DNA of 32,000 bases from Acaryochloris marina MBIC11017 (lineage in GTDB: Bacteria > Cyanobacteriota > Cyanobacteriia > Thermosynechococcales > Thermosynechococcaceae), in contig NC_009925.1 of assembly GCF_000018105.1 (NCBI RefSeq), positions 3,870,001-3,902,000 on the forward strand. Direction: 5' to 3'. The translations under genes and the position numbers were made by a program. This document shows positions 16,539 to 26,809 of this stretch, piece after piece; position 1 is the stretch's first letter, and the number at the start of each line of letters is the position of its first letter. The notes under the pieces were generated by a model, which made no database searches, was not told where the DNA came from, and saw only the letters and a list, made by a program, of their open reading frames with translations.

Positions 16539-16778
16539 ACTCCTAGATTTAAACGCCGAAATTTCTCATATTAGATAATGAGATTTTTCAATACATTGAA
16601 TTTAATGTCGCAAATATTACAATTTTGTTTACATCGTTTTAGAATAGCCCATTTGCTTCCCTCATTCTGAGGAAATTTGTGGGTCTTGTGAAGACATTAT
16701 TATTCGAAAAACAATCTGGGTTATGACTCTTCTGCAAGCGCATTTCTACCCATTCGTAAAAGATAGAAAACAGCGACG

Positions 16779-19700
16779 CTAGGTTGCGGTTGTTGAAAAA
16801 CCATAGCCACCACCGCCTGGAGTGAAGATTGCGATCGCATCCCCCGTATCCACTTCTATCGTATCTGTTGCTGCGATGTCTGTGGTGCTGCCATCCGCCC
16901 GAATCACTTGGGTCTGGCCGGTTTGACCCGACTCTCCCCCCGCTAGACCAAAGGGCTTAACCTGTCGGCGACCAGACAAAATATTGGCTGTCATTGCCTC
17001 ACGAAACTGAATCCGTCGGATCACGCCATTGCCCCCGTCATACTGGCCCTTGCCACCACTTTCAGAACGAATCGAAAATTCTTCCACCAATACGGGAAAG
17101 CGCAGTTCTAGAACTTCTGGATCCGTCAATCGGGAATTGGTCATATGGGTTTGCACGGCATCGGTACCCGCAAACCCAGGGCCAGCACCCGAACCACCAC
17201 AAATGGTTTCGTAGTACTGATACTGCTGGTTGCCAAAGGTGAAGTTATTCATGGTGCCTTGAGATGCAGCTAAAACGTTCAGTGCTGCATATAGGGCATC
17301 CGTCACCGCTTGGGAGGTTTCTACATTACCGGCCACCACGGCGGCTGGGTAGGTGGGATTGAGTAAACAACCTTGAGGGATGCGAATCTCTAAAGGCTTT
17401 AAGCAACCTGCATTTAGGGGAATCGGGGTATTCACCAAAGTGCGAAAGACATAGAGAACCGCTGCTTTACAAACGGCGAGGGGAGCATTGAAATTACTAG
17501 GCTGTTGGGAAGAGGTGCCCGCAAAGTCAATGATGGCACTATCGTCGTCAGGATTAAGGGTTACCTGGACGTGAATCGTTGCCCCGCAATCCATTGGCAC
17601 CTGATAAGTGGACACAAGACTTTCACCAGCGTGGTCACACAGGTGGGCAATCACGCGGCGGACTGCTTGTTCCGCATTGTCTTGAACATGCTGCATATAG
17701 GCTTGGACGATACTCAGGCCAAACTGATCTACCATCCGGTGTAGCTCCTGTGCCCCCTTGGTATTGGCGGCAATTTGGGCTTGCAAGTCAGCCAAATTTT
17801 GATCTGGATTACGAGCGGGATAGGGGGATGCGGAGATGCGATCGCACAGCCCTTGCTCTTGTAATACCCCCTGATCCACCAGCTTAAAGTTATCCAGTAA
17901 CACGCCCTCTTGATCGAGATGGGTGCTGTGGGGCGGCATTGAACCAGGCGTAATGCCGCCAATATCCGCATGATGACCCCGTGACGCCACAAAAAACAGC
18001 GGCTGTCCCACCACAAAGACGGGAGTAATCGCTGTAACGTCGGGTAAATGGGTACCGCCGTTATAGGGATTATTGGAAACAAATACATCTCCAGGCTGAA
18101 AGGGGGCTGTCTGATCGGCAATCAAGGCCTGAACGCTCTCTCCCATCGAGCCCAAATGCACCGGAATATGAGGGGCATTGGCCACGAGATAACCCTGGCA
18201 ATCAAAGATAGCGCAGGAGAAATCAAGACGTTCCTTGATATTCACAGACGAGCTAGTATTTTGTAGGGTAAATCCCATCTGCTCGGCAATAGATTGAAAG
18301 AGATTATTGAAAATCTCTAAACGCACCGGATCGGGAGTGGTAGAAGTCAGCGCAACTAAGGTCGATGCCTTGGTTTCCGATTGTTGGGGCTGTTCAGACT
18401 GATGTTGGACGACCAACACCCCCGTTTCTGTGGCACTAGCAGACCACCCTGGCTCAATCACATTAGTTCCGGTTTGCTCCAAGATCACGGCAGGACCATG
18501 GACCGTCGTTCCCGCTGGCAATTCTTGGCGCTGAAAAACGGGCGTATCCCACCACTGATCCTCTGAGAAGAGTGGAATGTTGGCTATCTGTGTCGGTAAA
18601 GTTGTTACAGGCTGAGAGGCTTTGGCCTGTTCGAGAGTCGCTGTTTGACCCACGGCCTCGGCAGTAATCGTCGCCACTATCAGTCCTTTATTGGGTTGAA
18701 TCAGGCCAAATCGCTGTTGATACTGCTGCTCAAACTGTTTTTGCATCTCAGTTAATGAACCAAAGTTCACGATCAAAGAAGAATCGGTGCCTTCATAGCG
18801 GAGATGGACTTGTTTCACAACCTCAAAGGTCTGAATATCGCTAGCCCCCTGTTGTTTTAGCTCCATGAGTGCGGCTTTCCCTAAGCTCTGAGTCTCTGAG
18901 GTCAATCGGGTCATGCCGTCCGCAGTCAAGGCAATTTCTAAAGATTGCTCCTTCAGCACTCGCCGATCCGCTAATCCCATACCGTAAGCCGATAGGACTC
19001 CTGCATAGGGATGAATCACGATCGTCTTCATCCCCAAAGATTCTGCTAACCGACAGGCATGTTGTCCCCCAGCTGCACCAAAACAGCAGAGAGCATAGTC
19101 ACTGACGTCATAACCCCGCTGTACCGAGATCTTTTTGATGGCATTCGCCATATTATCGATGGCAATGGCCAAGAATCCCTCTGCGACTTGAGCTGCACTC
19201 CGTTGATCTCCCGTCGCGGTCGCAATCTCGTCTGAAAGAGCAGCAAATCCCTGTTGAACAATCTCTAAATCCAAGGGTTGATTCCCCTCAGCCCCAAAGA
19301 CCTGGGGAAAAAACTGAGGTTGAATTTTACCCACCATCACGTTGCAGTCCGTCACCGTTAGGGGACCGCCATGACGATAACAGGTGGGTCCTGGATAGGC
19401 CCCTGCTGATTCTGGTCCCACTTGGTAGCGTGAACCATCAAACTTGAGAATCGAGCCGCCACCTGCCGCTACGGTATGAATGGCCATCATTGGTGCCCGT
19501 AATCGGACGCCAGCGACTTCAGTTTCTAAAACTCGCTCATAGGTGCCGTCTCTTTCGCCATTAAAGTGGGCGACATCAGTAGACGTGCCACCCATATCGA
19601 AGGTAATCAGCTTCTGAAACCCTGCGGCTAGACAGGTTTGTACGGCCCCCACAATCCCTCCCGCTGGCCCCGACAAAATACTGTCTTTTCCTTGGAAAAA

Positions 19701-20489
19701 CCGGGCGGGGGTCAGTCCCCCATTGGATTGCATAAATAGTAGCTGGGGCTGGGATTCGGCTTTGGCTTCGGTAGGTCTAAGCTCCTGTTCAATTCGGTCT
19801 ATATATCGCCGCAGAATGGGAGACAGATAGGCATCCACAACGGTGGTATCGCCTCTGCTCACCCATTTAATTAAGGGGCTAACCCTATGAGACATCGAGA
19901 TTTGGGTAAATCCCACCTGCTGAGCCAGAGCCGCCACCTGCTGCTCATGGGCAGGATATCGGTAGCCATGCAGAAATGCGATCGCACAACTCCGAATCCC
20001 CAGGTCATAAACCTCTTGCAACCCTTCTCGGACTTGACTTTCAATCGTCGGGGTAATCGGTCGCAACACCTCCCCTTCAGCCGTGACTCGCTCATCGACC
20101 TCCAGCACCTGTTCGTAGAGCATTTCCGGTAGCTGAATCTGACGCGCAAAAATATCAGGTCGATTCTGATAGCCAATCCGCAGGCCATCTCGGAAGCCTT
20201 TAGTAGTGATCAAGAGGGTGCGATCGCCTTTCCGTTCTAACAGAGCATTGGTCGCTACCGTGGTTCCCATCTTGACCACCGTAAGTTGATCCGCCGGGAT
20301 GGGTTGGTCCGAATCAATACCCATCAGATCTCGAATTCCCTGCAGGGGAGCATCAGGATACCGGTCTGGATTTTCTGAGAGAAGTTTATGCAGAACGATG
20401 GAGCCATCAGGGCTTTGGGCCACAATATCAGTAAAGGTTCCTCCCCGATCAATCCAGAATTGCCATTTTTTTAATTCTGTATTGCTCAT
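16779..20489 (-). CDS. 5-oxoprolinase (ATP-hydrolysing), fused hydantoinase A / hydantoinase B type
   Basis: About 1236 aa from the ATG at 20489 (the track start is a GTG at 20498). WQFWIDRGGTFTDIVA at the N-terminus marks HyuA. The C-terminal half has PHIPVHLGSM, NNPYNGGTHLPD and GGGGYG (HyuB). Confidence 0.85.
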   Translation of the reverse strand: MSNTELKKWQFWIDRGGTFTDIVAQSPDGSIVLHKLLSENPDRYPDAPLQGIRDLMGIDSDQPIPADQLTVVKMGTTVATNALLERKGDRTLLITTKGFRDGLRIGYQNRPDIFARQIQLPEMLYEQVLEVDERVTAEGEVLRPITPTIESQVREGLQEVYDLGIRSCAIAFLHGYRYPAHEQQVAALAQQVGFTQISMSHRVSPLIKWVSRGDTTVVDAYLSPILRRYIDRIEQELRPTEAKAESQPQLLFMQSNGGLTPARFFQGKDSILSGPAGGIVGAVQTCLAAGFQKLITFDMGGTSTDVAHFNGERDGTYERVLETEVAGVRLRAPMMAIHTVAAGGGSILKFDGSRYQVGPESAGAYPGPTCYRHGGPLTVTDCNVMVGKIQPQFFPQVFGAEGNQPLDLEIVQQGFAALSDEIATATGDQRSAAQVAEGFLAIAIDNMANAIKKISVQRGYDVSDYALCCFGAAGGQHACRLAESLGMKTIVIHPYAGVLSAYGMGLADRRVLKEQSLEIALTADGMTRLTSETQSLGKAALMELKQQGASDIQTFEVVKQVHLRYEGTDSSLIVNFGSLTEMQKQFEQQYQQRFGLIQPNKGLIVATITAEAVGQTATLEQAKASQPVTTLPTQIANIPLFSEDQWWDTPVFQRQELPAGTTVHGPAVILEQTGTNVIEPGWSASATETGVLVVQHQSEQPQQSETKASTLVALTSTTPDPVRLEIFNNLFQSIAEQMGFTLQNTSSSVNIKERLDFSCAIFDCQGYLVANAPHIPVHLGSMGESVQALIADQTAPFQPGDVFVSNNPYNGGTHLPDVTAITPVFVVGQPLFFVASRGHHADIGGITPGSMPPHSTHLDQEGVLLDNFKLVDQGVLQEQGLCDRISASPYPARNPDQNLADLQAQIAANTKGAQELHRMVDQFGLSIVQAYMQHVQDNAEQAVRRVIAHLCDHAGESLVSTYQVPMDCGATIHVQVTLNPDDDSAIIDFAGTSSQQPSNFNAPLAVCKAAVLYVFRTLVNTPIPLNAGCLKPLEIRIPQGCLLNPTYPAAVVAGNVETSQAVTDALYAALNVLAASQGTMNNFTFGNQQYQYYETICGGSGAGPGFAGTDAVQTHMTNSRLTDPEVLELRFPVLVEEFSIRSESGGKGQYDGGNGVIRRIQFREAMTANILSGRRQVKPFGLAGGESGQTGQTQVIRADGSTTDIAATDTIEVDTGDAIAIFTPGGGGYGFSTTAT
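16831..16838. repeat. HIP1 palindrome GCGATCGC
   Basis: Exact octamer read at these coordinates. Confidence 0.95.
17838..17845. repeat. HIP1 palindrome GCGATCGC
   Basis: Exact octamer read at these coordinates. Confidence 0.95.
19978..19985. repeat. HIP1 palindrome GCGATCGC
   Basis: Exact octamer read at these coordinates. Confidence 0.95.
20220..20227. repeat. HIP1 palindrome GCGATCGC
   Basis: Exact octamer read at these coordinates. Confidence 0.95.
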
Positions 20490-20534
20490 GCATTCCACGA
20501 TTGTTACTTACTCTCAGGCTCTCCTATTTAAGCG

Positions 20535-21482
20535 TCAAAGTTCAATCTTAAAAATTGTCGGAGCTCCTTGAGGAACACCGTCAAAAACAATCATGGCAGT
20601 CATTTCCTTACCCTGATCTTCAAGGATCGTCAGACCTTCTGCCTTCGCCTCTGGAAAGTCCGAAGGCCGGGGAATCTCACCAATCAATCGACAATACTCT
20701 GATATATCTGGCCGATCTTCTCCAGGAATCGTATCTTCACCATTCCAAAAATAGAGTTGATAAGGCCCCAGTCCATCTCCAACCGGGCCTGCGATCAACA
20801 GGAAACCTTCTTGGATTCTGGTGATATCCCGAATCCCATTCCCCGCTAATTGCACGAATCGTAATTCATAATCCAGTAAATCATCAAACGTAGTGACCAT
20901 CACAGGCACAAAGTTACCGCGTAAGACGGGGCCTCGGAACCCAATATAAAGGTATTTATTATCAGCCGCTAATCCCTCGATATCAATCCCGTTCTCTTTA
21001 CTAGGAATATTGAGAAAGCGACTAAGAATAGTATTTTTCTCTAATACACCTTTCAATTGAGTACTAGATTCTCGTTCTAAAACTTGCCCAGTATTACAAT
21101 CCAACTTGAGTTGGAAGATTGTATTTTTCTTCGTTTCTACAACGACTGTTTCCAGACGTTGACGATTTTCAGCATAGGTTTTAGTGGTTTTTATTCTTTT
21201 CCGCTTAGATGAGTGAGAGCCAATGACATACAATTTTCCATCTCTAGTAATGGACATTCCTTCAATATCTATTTCTTCTTTCTCATCATCGAGCCCTAGC
21301 GGCACATCCCTAATTAACTTGAAGTCTTGCCCATCTTTCTTCAGAAGACTAATGATATTTAGACTTTCATCTGATCCTACAAAAATATAGTCTTCAAAAT
21401 ATGCAATGGCACTAATATCTTCTGGTTCATGTATTTCACCAAGAAAACTTATTTCTTCTATTTTTTTAAGACTTGCCATCAT
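20535..21482 (-). CDS. hypothetical protein, DUF3616-like (predicted beta-propeller-like)
   Basis: 315 aa. Repeated IDIEGM/IDIEGLA motifs, GSHSSKRKR and YIGFRGPVLRGN resemble my memory of DUF3616 proteins. The stop lies 36 nt upstream of the oxoprolinase gene on the same strand. Confidence 0.45.
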   Translation of the reverse strand: MMASLKKIEEISFLGEIHEPEDISAIAYFEDYIFVGSDESLNIISLLKKDGQDFKLIRDVPLGLDDEKEEIDIEGMSITRDGKLYVIGSHSSKRKRIKTTKTYAENRQRLETVVVETKKNTIFQLKLDCNTGQVLERESSTQLKGVLEKNTILSRFLNIPSKENGIDIEGLAADNKYLYIGFRGPVLRGNFVPVMVTTFDDLLDYELRFVQLAGNGIRDITRIQEGFLLIAGPVGDGLGPYQLYFWNGEDTIPGEDRPDISEYCRLIGEIPRPSDFPEAKAEGLTILEDQGKEMTAMIVFDGVPQGAPTIFKIEL

Positions 21483-21680
21483 TCCCCCAAAAGAAAAATA
21501 TATTGTTCATTATTCACATATCCATTGCTCAAACTGGGTAAAGATCAGAAGACGCCCAGCTTATAGCCTCTGTTAACCGCTTACATCGTCAATCAGAAGC
21601 TCGACTCATTGCAGTGTAATTATCAATAACATCACGAATGGCTCAGTAGTTATCTCCAGCGCCCTATACATTCTGAGATT

Positions 21681-22799
21681 ATGAGTAACACGAATCATCA
21701 AAGCCGATGGGAATACGGTAGTGAACTACACTGGCAATCCACCCTAGAGCTAAAAGCTTTATGCCAAGGCGAAACGATCCATGAGATTCTGCCCCACGCC
21801 AAGCTACATGGTACAGGATGCTCCACGATTCGAACAATTCTCAATTACGGCAAAGATACACGCGGTTGGCAGAGAGTATGGGTGCCCACTTATTTAATTT
21901 CGGATGTGATTGCAGCTATCGCAGATAGTGGTCTGACGATTGAGTATTACCAGGATAATCCTCTATTCAAGGCTCCCGGTTTACCCGAGGTTACTCTTAC
22001 CTCTTCGGACGTGTTGTTTCGACTCAATTACTTTGGTTGGAGAGGCACTGAAGCCATTCTTTCCCCAACTGATACAGGTTGCGACATTATCGAAGATCAT
22101 TGCCACGATCCAATCGGGCCATGGGCACAAAATAGCCAAGCGACCTATTGCTTAACTACGTTAAGGAAAGTTTATCCTCTCCCCGATGGAGCCATTTTAT
22201 GGTCACCTATCGGCGAAACGCTACCGGATGAGCCTGAACTAACGGTCAGTCATCTCTCGGCGGTTCAAAATAAGTTGAGTGGCATGCTCTTAAAGCAGAT
22301 TTATCTCAATGGTGGCTCTATCAATAAAGCCGAATTTAGAGAGAAAGCGATTACTGGAGAGGAAGAAATTGGTGGCGAATGTGGCATTTCAGGCATTTCA
22401 GAACTCTCCCGATATTTTTTATCCATTCTCTCCATTACTCAAATCAGTCAACGTCGTTTGGATAATTTTCAAACCTTCAATGAACTTGCTTCCGATTCAG
22501 TTAAAGCCTATATCGAGCAAAGTCAGTTAAAACAGGGCTGCTACCCTTTTTCACTTGTGTTTCGATTTAAGAACAGAGCGCAAAGAGAGAGTATTCGCAT
22601 GGCGTTAATCCAAGAACACGTTTACCCAGCGATTTTTTGGGATCTACCAACCGATCTCAAGGATGGTCAAGGACTCGAATTTTCATCCACCATGTTGTCC
22701 ATTCCCTGTGATTTTAGGTACACGGCTGAGGATATGCAGCGATTGGCCAAAATCTTAGACAGTGCCATTTCTACCTGTAGCGACTTAGCCAAATCTTGA
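21681..22799 (+). CDS. hypothetical protein, possibly a divergent DegT/DnrJ/EryC1-like PLP-enzyme fold
   Basis: 372 aa. The layout resembles that family: small-domain start, VWVPTYLISDVIAAIADSGL, IIEDHCHD, then TLRKVYPLPDGAILW where the family has SFxxxKxxxxGEGGA. The assignment is by eye only. Confidence 0.35.
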   Translation: MSNTNHQSRWEYGSELHWQSTLELKALCQGETIHEILPHAKLHGTGCSTIRTILNYGKDTRGWQRVWVPTYLISDVIAAIADSGLTIEYYQDNPLFKAPGLPEVTLTSSDVLFRLNYFGWRGTEAILSPTDTGCDIIEDHCHDPIGPWAQNSQATYCLTTLRKVYPLPDGAILWSPIGETLPDEPELTVSHLSAVQNKLSGMLLKQIYLNGGSINKAEFREKAITGEEEIGGECGISGISELSRYFLSILSITQISQRRLDNFQTFNELASDSVKAYIEQSQLKQGCYPFSLVFRFKNRAQRESIRMALIQEHVYPAIFWDLPTDLKDGQGLEFSSTMLSIPCDFRYTAEDMQRLAKILDSAISTCSDLAKS

Positions 22800-22859
22800 G
22801 GCTTCAAGAACAACAGACCCGCTCTCGGTACACAGAGCTATCAGAACAACCAAGATACC

Positions 22860-24725
22860 TTATGAAGAAACCTGCATGGTTTCGTTAGGGATAGCAAGTC
22901 CAAATTTAGGTTTAGGGATATGAAGACCATAGGTGATGCGATCGCAAGGTTGCCACTCTTCATCCGCCTTCGCAATACGCAATTGGTCTTGGCGCTGAAC
23001 GAGCAGCGGAATAACGGTTCCAGCATTAATCAAAGCCTGCAGATGATCTCGCTGCCGTTTAAATTTATGCTCATCGATATCCAAGACCGTATCGGTAATT
23101 TTGACCTCATTCGTGCTGAGGTACTGATTCCATTCTTTAATGGACAGCTGAGAAGAAAACGCCCGCTTTACCTCTGGGCTTGCCAATTTTTCCGCCGGTT
23201 CAGCCACTTCCGTTTCTGGCGACTGATCGGGATAGACCGCTAATACTCGCGGGGGTCGAAATTCTTCCATTACCCGCTGAGCCAGTACCGAGTTGACCTC
23301 AGAATTACTGGTGGCTGTTAAAAAGGTGCCGATGGAAGCCAGACCCAGATTATCCAGAGCATCCATATTCAGGGCACTGGTTCGATACACCGTCAGATTC
23401 TCGGCTTTCGCCTGCTTGCAGTATTCAGGATTGGCATCAATCATCACCACATCTTCGCCCCGACTCTTGATCAGATGGGCAACCGTTCGACCAAACGGAT
23501 TGCAGCCCACAATCATAGCCCCTCTCGCCTCATCCGAGCGGACCTTGAGCCAGCCAGCCACCCATCGGGCAGAGAGTCCCTGCACACAAACCGTCAAAAT
23601 AATGGTTAAAAAGACGAGGGCTTTAATGGCATCACCGCCATTGATTCCTTGCTTGGTCAGGGAAATCGCAAATAAGGAGGCCACCGATGCCGCTACAATT
23701 CCCCGAGGGGCCACCCAAGATAAAAATGCCTTTTGCCGCCAATTCAGGTCACTGGACCAGGTCGATACCAGGACATTCAGAGGGCGCACAATCAGCATTA
23801 ACGCTGCAACCGTAAATGTTCCTCCCCAACCCAACGCAAAAATACTGGCAATGGACAAATCGGCAGACAGCAGAATAAATAAAACTGAAATCGCCAGAAT
23901 GCTCAGTTGATTCTTAAACCGCAGCAGCAGTCGCTCTTCTGGCAACGCGGCAATTTTAAGCATGATGCCCGCCGCTACCGCTGTCATCAATCCTGATTCG
24001 CTAATCAAGGCTTGGGAGAGGCCAAATAACCCCCACAGCCCCGCTAAAACCGATAAATTTTTCAAGTCTTCCGAGAGAAATCGGGCTCGTTTGAGAAACA
24101 GGCCCAACAGCCAGCCGCCCCCAATCCCAATAACGCCTCCAATCCCCAGACGCAACAGCAGACCACTGACAATAGTGAACGGATCAGCATTCCCTTGCAG
24201 GACAATATTGAGGACGACAACCGCTAAAATTGCCCCAACTGGATCAATCAGGACGCCTTCCCCTTCTAAAAGGGTCGACACCTGTCGGTCGGCATTCACC
24301 TGTTTCAGCAGGGGAGCCACCACCGTTGGCCCCGTCACTACCACCAGAGAGGCATAGAGAAAAGCAATTTGCCAAGGGAACTCGCTCAACCAGTGGGCTG
24401 CGAGACCCCCGCCGAACAAAGTGACCAACGCTCCCACCGTCACCAAATTGCGCAAGCTAGTGGAAACTTCTTCCACCTCCCTCAGCTGTAAGTTCAGCCC
24501 CCCTTCAAACAGGATAAGCGCCACACAGAGAGAGACCATCACCTCTAAACCATTCCCCAGCAAGCTGGGGTGGAGCACCCCAAAACCACTCGGCCCCATG
24601 GCAATGCCAAACAGCAGCAGAAAAACAATACTGGGAACTTTGAGAAAATCAGCAATCACCTGGGCTGAAATCCCTGCCACAACAGTGATCACCATTAACA
24701 GGGTAATTTCTAAATTTCCTTCCAT
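22860..24725 (-). CDS. CPA1-family Na+/H+ (cation:proton) antiporter with a C-terminal RCK/TrkA-N domain
   Basis: 621 aa with about 11-12 hydrophobic helices (LILFEGGLNL, SESGLMTAVAAG). Then MIVGCNPFGRTVAHLIKSRGEDVVMIDAN (Rossmann GxGxxG-like) and a C-terminal soluble domain. Confidence 0.8.
   Translation of the reverse strand: MEGNLEITLLMVITVVAGISAQVIADFLKVPSIVFLLLFGIAMGPSGFGVLHPSLLGNGLEVMVSLCVALILFEGGLNLQLREVEEVSTSLRNLVTVGALVTLFGGGLAAHWLSEFPWQIAFLYASLVVVTGPTVVAPLLKQVNADRQVSTLLEGEGVLIDPVGAILAVVVLNIVLQGNADPFTIVSGLLLRLGIGGVIGIGGGWLLGLFLKRARFLSEDLKNLSVLAGLWGLFGLSQALISESGLMTAVAAGIMLKIAALPEERLLLRFKNQLSILAISVLFILLSADLSIASIFALGWGGTFTVAALMLIVRPLNVLVSTWSSDLNWRQKAFLSWVAPRGIVAASVASLFAISLTKQGINGGDAIKALVFLTIILTVCVQGLSARWVAGWLKVRSDEARGAMIVGCNPFGRTVAHLIKSRGEDVVMIDANPEYCKQAKAENLTVYRTSALNMDALDNLGLASIGTFLTATSNSEVNSVLAQRVMEEFRPPRVLAVYPDQSPETEVAEPAEKLASPEVKRAFSSQLSIKEWNQYLSTNEVKITDTVLDIDEHKFKRQRDHLQALINAGTVIPLLVQRQDQLRIAKADEEWQPCDRITYGLHIPKPKFGLAIPNETMQVSS
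22938..22945. repeat. HIP1 palindrome GCGATCGC
   Basis: Exact octamer read at these coordinates. Confidence 0.95.
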
Positions 24726-24899
24726 GTCCTATCGTCTTGAGGCCCGTTGAGCCATTATCCAGGGTGGTGAATTTATGTTGAGCTTACTAATCTTAGCAAA
24801 ACCCATAGCTCTCCTATTCCCCGTCTTATATTTGTTGCTGACTAGGGAACCAGACAACCGCTTGCTTTGCTGAATGTCTCGACACAATCATCCCCCATC

Positions 24900-25565
24900 T
24901 CATTGGGGTACCAGCTGACTTAATCCAGCGAAAAGTGATCCCATATCTGCAAACACCATTGCGGCCCCTGCATCCATTAACTTGTCTAGATGCCCTGATC
25001 TGATATGACTCCCACCCGAAAAGCCGACAACTGTCATGCCCGCATCTATCCCCGCCTGGACGCCATGACAACTATCTTCTATCACCACACAATCTTGTGG
25101 GTTCACCTGCATCTGTTGAGCAGCAAACAGAAACAAGTCAGGAGCAGGCTTGCCATGCCTCACTTGCTCAGCACTAAAAATATGGGGGCTGAAGTACTTA
25201 TACAATCCTGTCATCCCTAGGGTTCGATTAAGTCGATCAGCAGAACTACTCGACGCTACACACTTTTTGTTTAGGACAGTCAGTAGCTCAACGACATGGG
25301 GAATTGGCTGTAGTTCAGCTTGAAATTGTTTTAGCGTCTTCTGTTCTACTTGTGACCAAAAATCTCCAGGCAACTGAACCGTATATCGCTCTTCAATACT
25401 GTGGGAGACAGCTACAGCACTTTTGCCCACATACTCAGCTATATAGTCATCAAGGTCAATTTCAATCCCTAACGCCTGTAAGCACTCTACATCTATACGA
25501 TTAGCCAGCAGTTCACTATCAATCAGCACCCCATCACAGTCAAAAATAGCCAGCTCAAACTTCAT
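24900..25565 (-). CDS. HAD-superfamily phosphatase (canonical DxD)
   Basis: 221 aa with [27 protein letters not shown] and [17 protein letters not shown]. Its start overlaps the upstream stop as ATGA (25562-25565). Confidence 0.8.
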   Translation of the reverse strand: MKFELAIFDCDGVLIDSELLANRIDVECLQALGIEIDLDDYIAEYVGKSAVAVSHSIEERYTVQLPGDFWSQVEQKTLKQFQAELQPIPHVVELLTVLNKKCVASSSSADRLNRTLGMTGLYKYFSPHIFSAEQVRHGKPAPDLFLFAAQQMQVNPQDCVVIEDSCHGVQAGIDAGMTVVGFSGGSHIRSGHLDKLMDAGAAMVFADMGSLFAGLSQLVPQ

Positions 25566-26743
25566 GCCAAGTTTTTGGCACTCAGCTTTTCAAACTGTTG
25601 CCAGCAGAGAAACAAAGCTCTAGGTACATGGAAGCAGCCCTTCCACTTGCCGCCTTTAAGCTGTAAATGGACTTGTCCGGCTCGATTTAAATAGCCAAAC
25701 CATTCTCGACCCGGATCAGCAAAATGGGACCAGCTATAGTCATGCACCTTTTGATACCATTGCCAGCATTCTTCTCGACCCGTCAAGCGGTACCCCATGA
25801 CTAAGGCCACTAATGTTTCCAGATGAACCCACCATAACTTTTGGTCCCATTCCAATTGCTGGGGAGGATGTCCTGCTGCATCTAGGAAGTAGAACAAGCC
25901 GCCATACTCCTGGTCCCAGCTAAAGTCTAAGATATTCAGGACCACATCAACGGCCCGTTCAATTAACGCTTTATCATGGCGGCGCTGGCCAATATCCATC
26001 AAAAACCACATGGCCTCAATGCCATGACCAGGATTAATTAATCGACCTTCAAAACAATCGACCTGGTCACCCGCTGGAGCCACAGCTTCAAATAATAGCC
26101 CTCGTTCTGTATCCAGAAAATCGGTCATCACCTCTTGCACCGTCTGATCCAAGACCTGATCCAGCTGAGCGGAATCGAACAGGGGTACCATTTCTAGGGT
26201 TAAGTTTGCCAAAATCATGGGAACTGCAAGGGATTTTAAGGGACGTGTCCCAGGATAGAGTTTGTTATACCGTCCTTTCGGATCTTGTTGTCGGCGCAGA
26301 ACATTGTTATAGGCTTGGAGGGCTACAGCTTTTGCAGCGTCTTCCTGGGAAGCTACCGCAAATTGGCTAAAAGCCATCGCCGCAAAGCAATCCGAGAAGA
26401 TATTGTAGGGCTGCACTAAAGGCGCCCCAGCCCGATTCAAAGCAAAGTACCAGTTACCGTCTGCATCTCGTCCTTTATTAGCCAGAAAATCAGCCCCCAA
26501 TCGGGCCACTTCTAGCCAGTCAGGGTCTGGAGAGAGCTGATTATAGAGCATGGAGAAGGTCCAGACTTGGCGGTTTTGCAGCCAAATAAATTTGTCCGTG
26601 TCGTAGACCTGACCTTGGGTATCTAAGCAGGTAAAGTAGCCCCCTTCCTGCTCATCTAAAGAATAGTTTTGCCAAAAAGGGAGGACATCGTCTAACAGCG
26701 CTTGTTTGTACTGTAAGGCCAGTTCTGCAAACGTCAGGTTCAT
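25562..26743 (-). CDS. N-acylglucosamine 2-epimerase (AGE family)
   Basis: 393 aa. Long stretches match, as I remember it, the Anabaena AGE enzyme: [77 protein letters not shown]. Confidence 0.85.
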   Translation of the reverse strand: MNLTFAELALQYKQALLDDVLPFWQNYSLDEQEGGYFTCLDTQGQVYDTDKFIWLQNRQVWTFSMLYNQLSPDPDWLEVARLGADFLANKGRDADGNWYFALNRAGAPLVQPYNIFSDCFAAMAFSQFAVASQEDAAKAVALQAYNNVLRRQQDPKGRYNKLYPGTRPLKSLAVPMILANLTLEMVPLFDSAQLDQVLDQTVQEVMTDFLDTERGLLFEAVAPAGDQVDCFEGRLINPGHGIEAMWFLMDIGQRRHDKALIERAVDVVLNILDFSWDQEYGGLFYFLDAAGHPPQQLEWDQKLWWVHLETLVALVMGYRLTGREECWQWYQKVHDYSWSHFADPGREWFGYLNRAGQVHLQLKGGKWKGCFHVPRALFLCWQQFEKLSAKNLA

Positions 26744-26809
26744 CCCTTCTCCCGATGATCAATGAGTGGTTATCAGTGGAGTTGTTACTTTTCGTTCAAG
26801 ACCAACGGC

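Noticed and set aside
17729-18121. Internal ORFs on both strands within the oxoprolinase, STAND and beta-CASP-like genes (for example 17729-18121, 5185-5385, 12661-12942)
   Set aside because: All are embedded in longer ORFs that carry clear family motifs. Their translations are low-complexity or Arg/Pro-rich, as expected for off-frame reads.
21616-21629. NtcA-like site GTA-N8-TAA in the divergent promoter region
   Set aside because: The downstream half-site is TAA, not TAC, and no properly spaced -10 box was evident. This is too weak to call.
22824-22841. GCTCT-N8-AGAGC hairpin between the convergent 21681-22799 and antiporter genes, as a bidirectional terminator
   Set aside because: The stem is only 5 bp and there is no T-tract on either side.
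23293-24750. Three long plus-strand ORFs (205, 131 and 109 aa) opposite the antiporter gene
   Set aside because: They are Pro/Arg/Ser/Thr-rich antisense frames of a codon-biased membrane-protein gene. The minus-strand product has clear transmembrane helices and an RCK domain.
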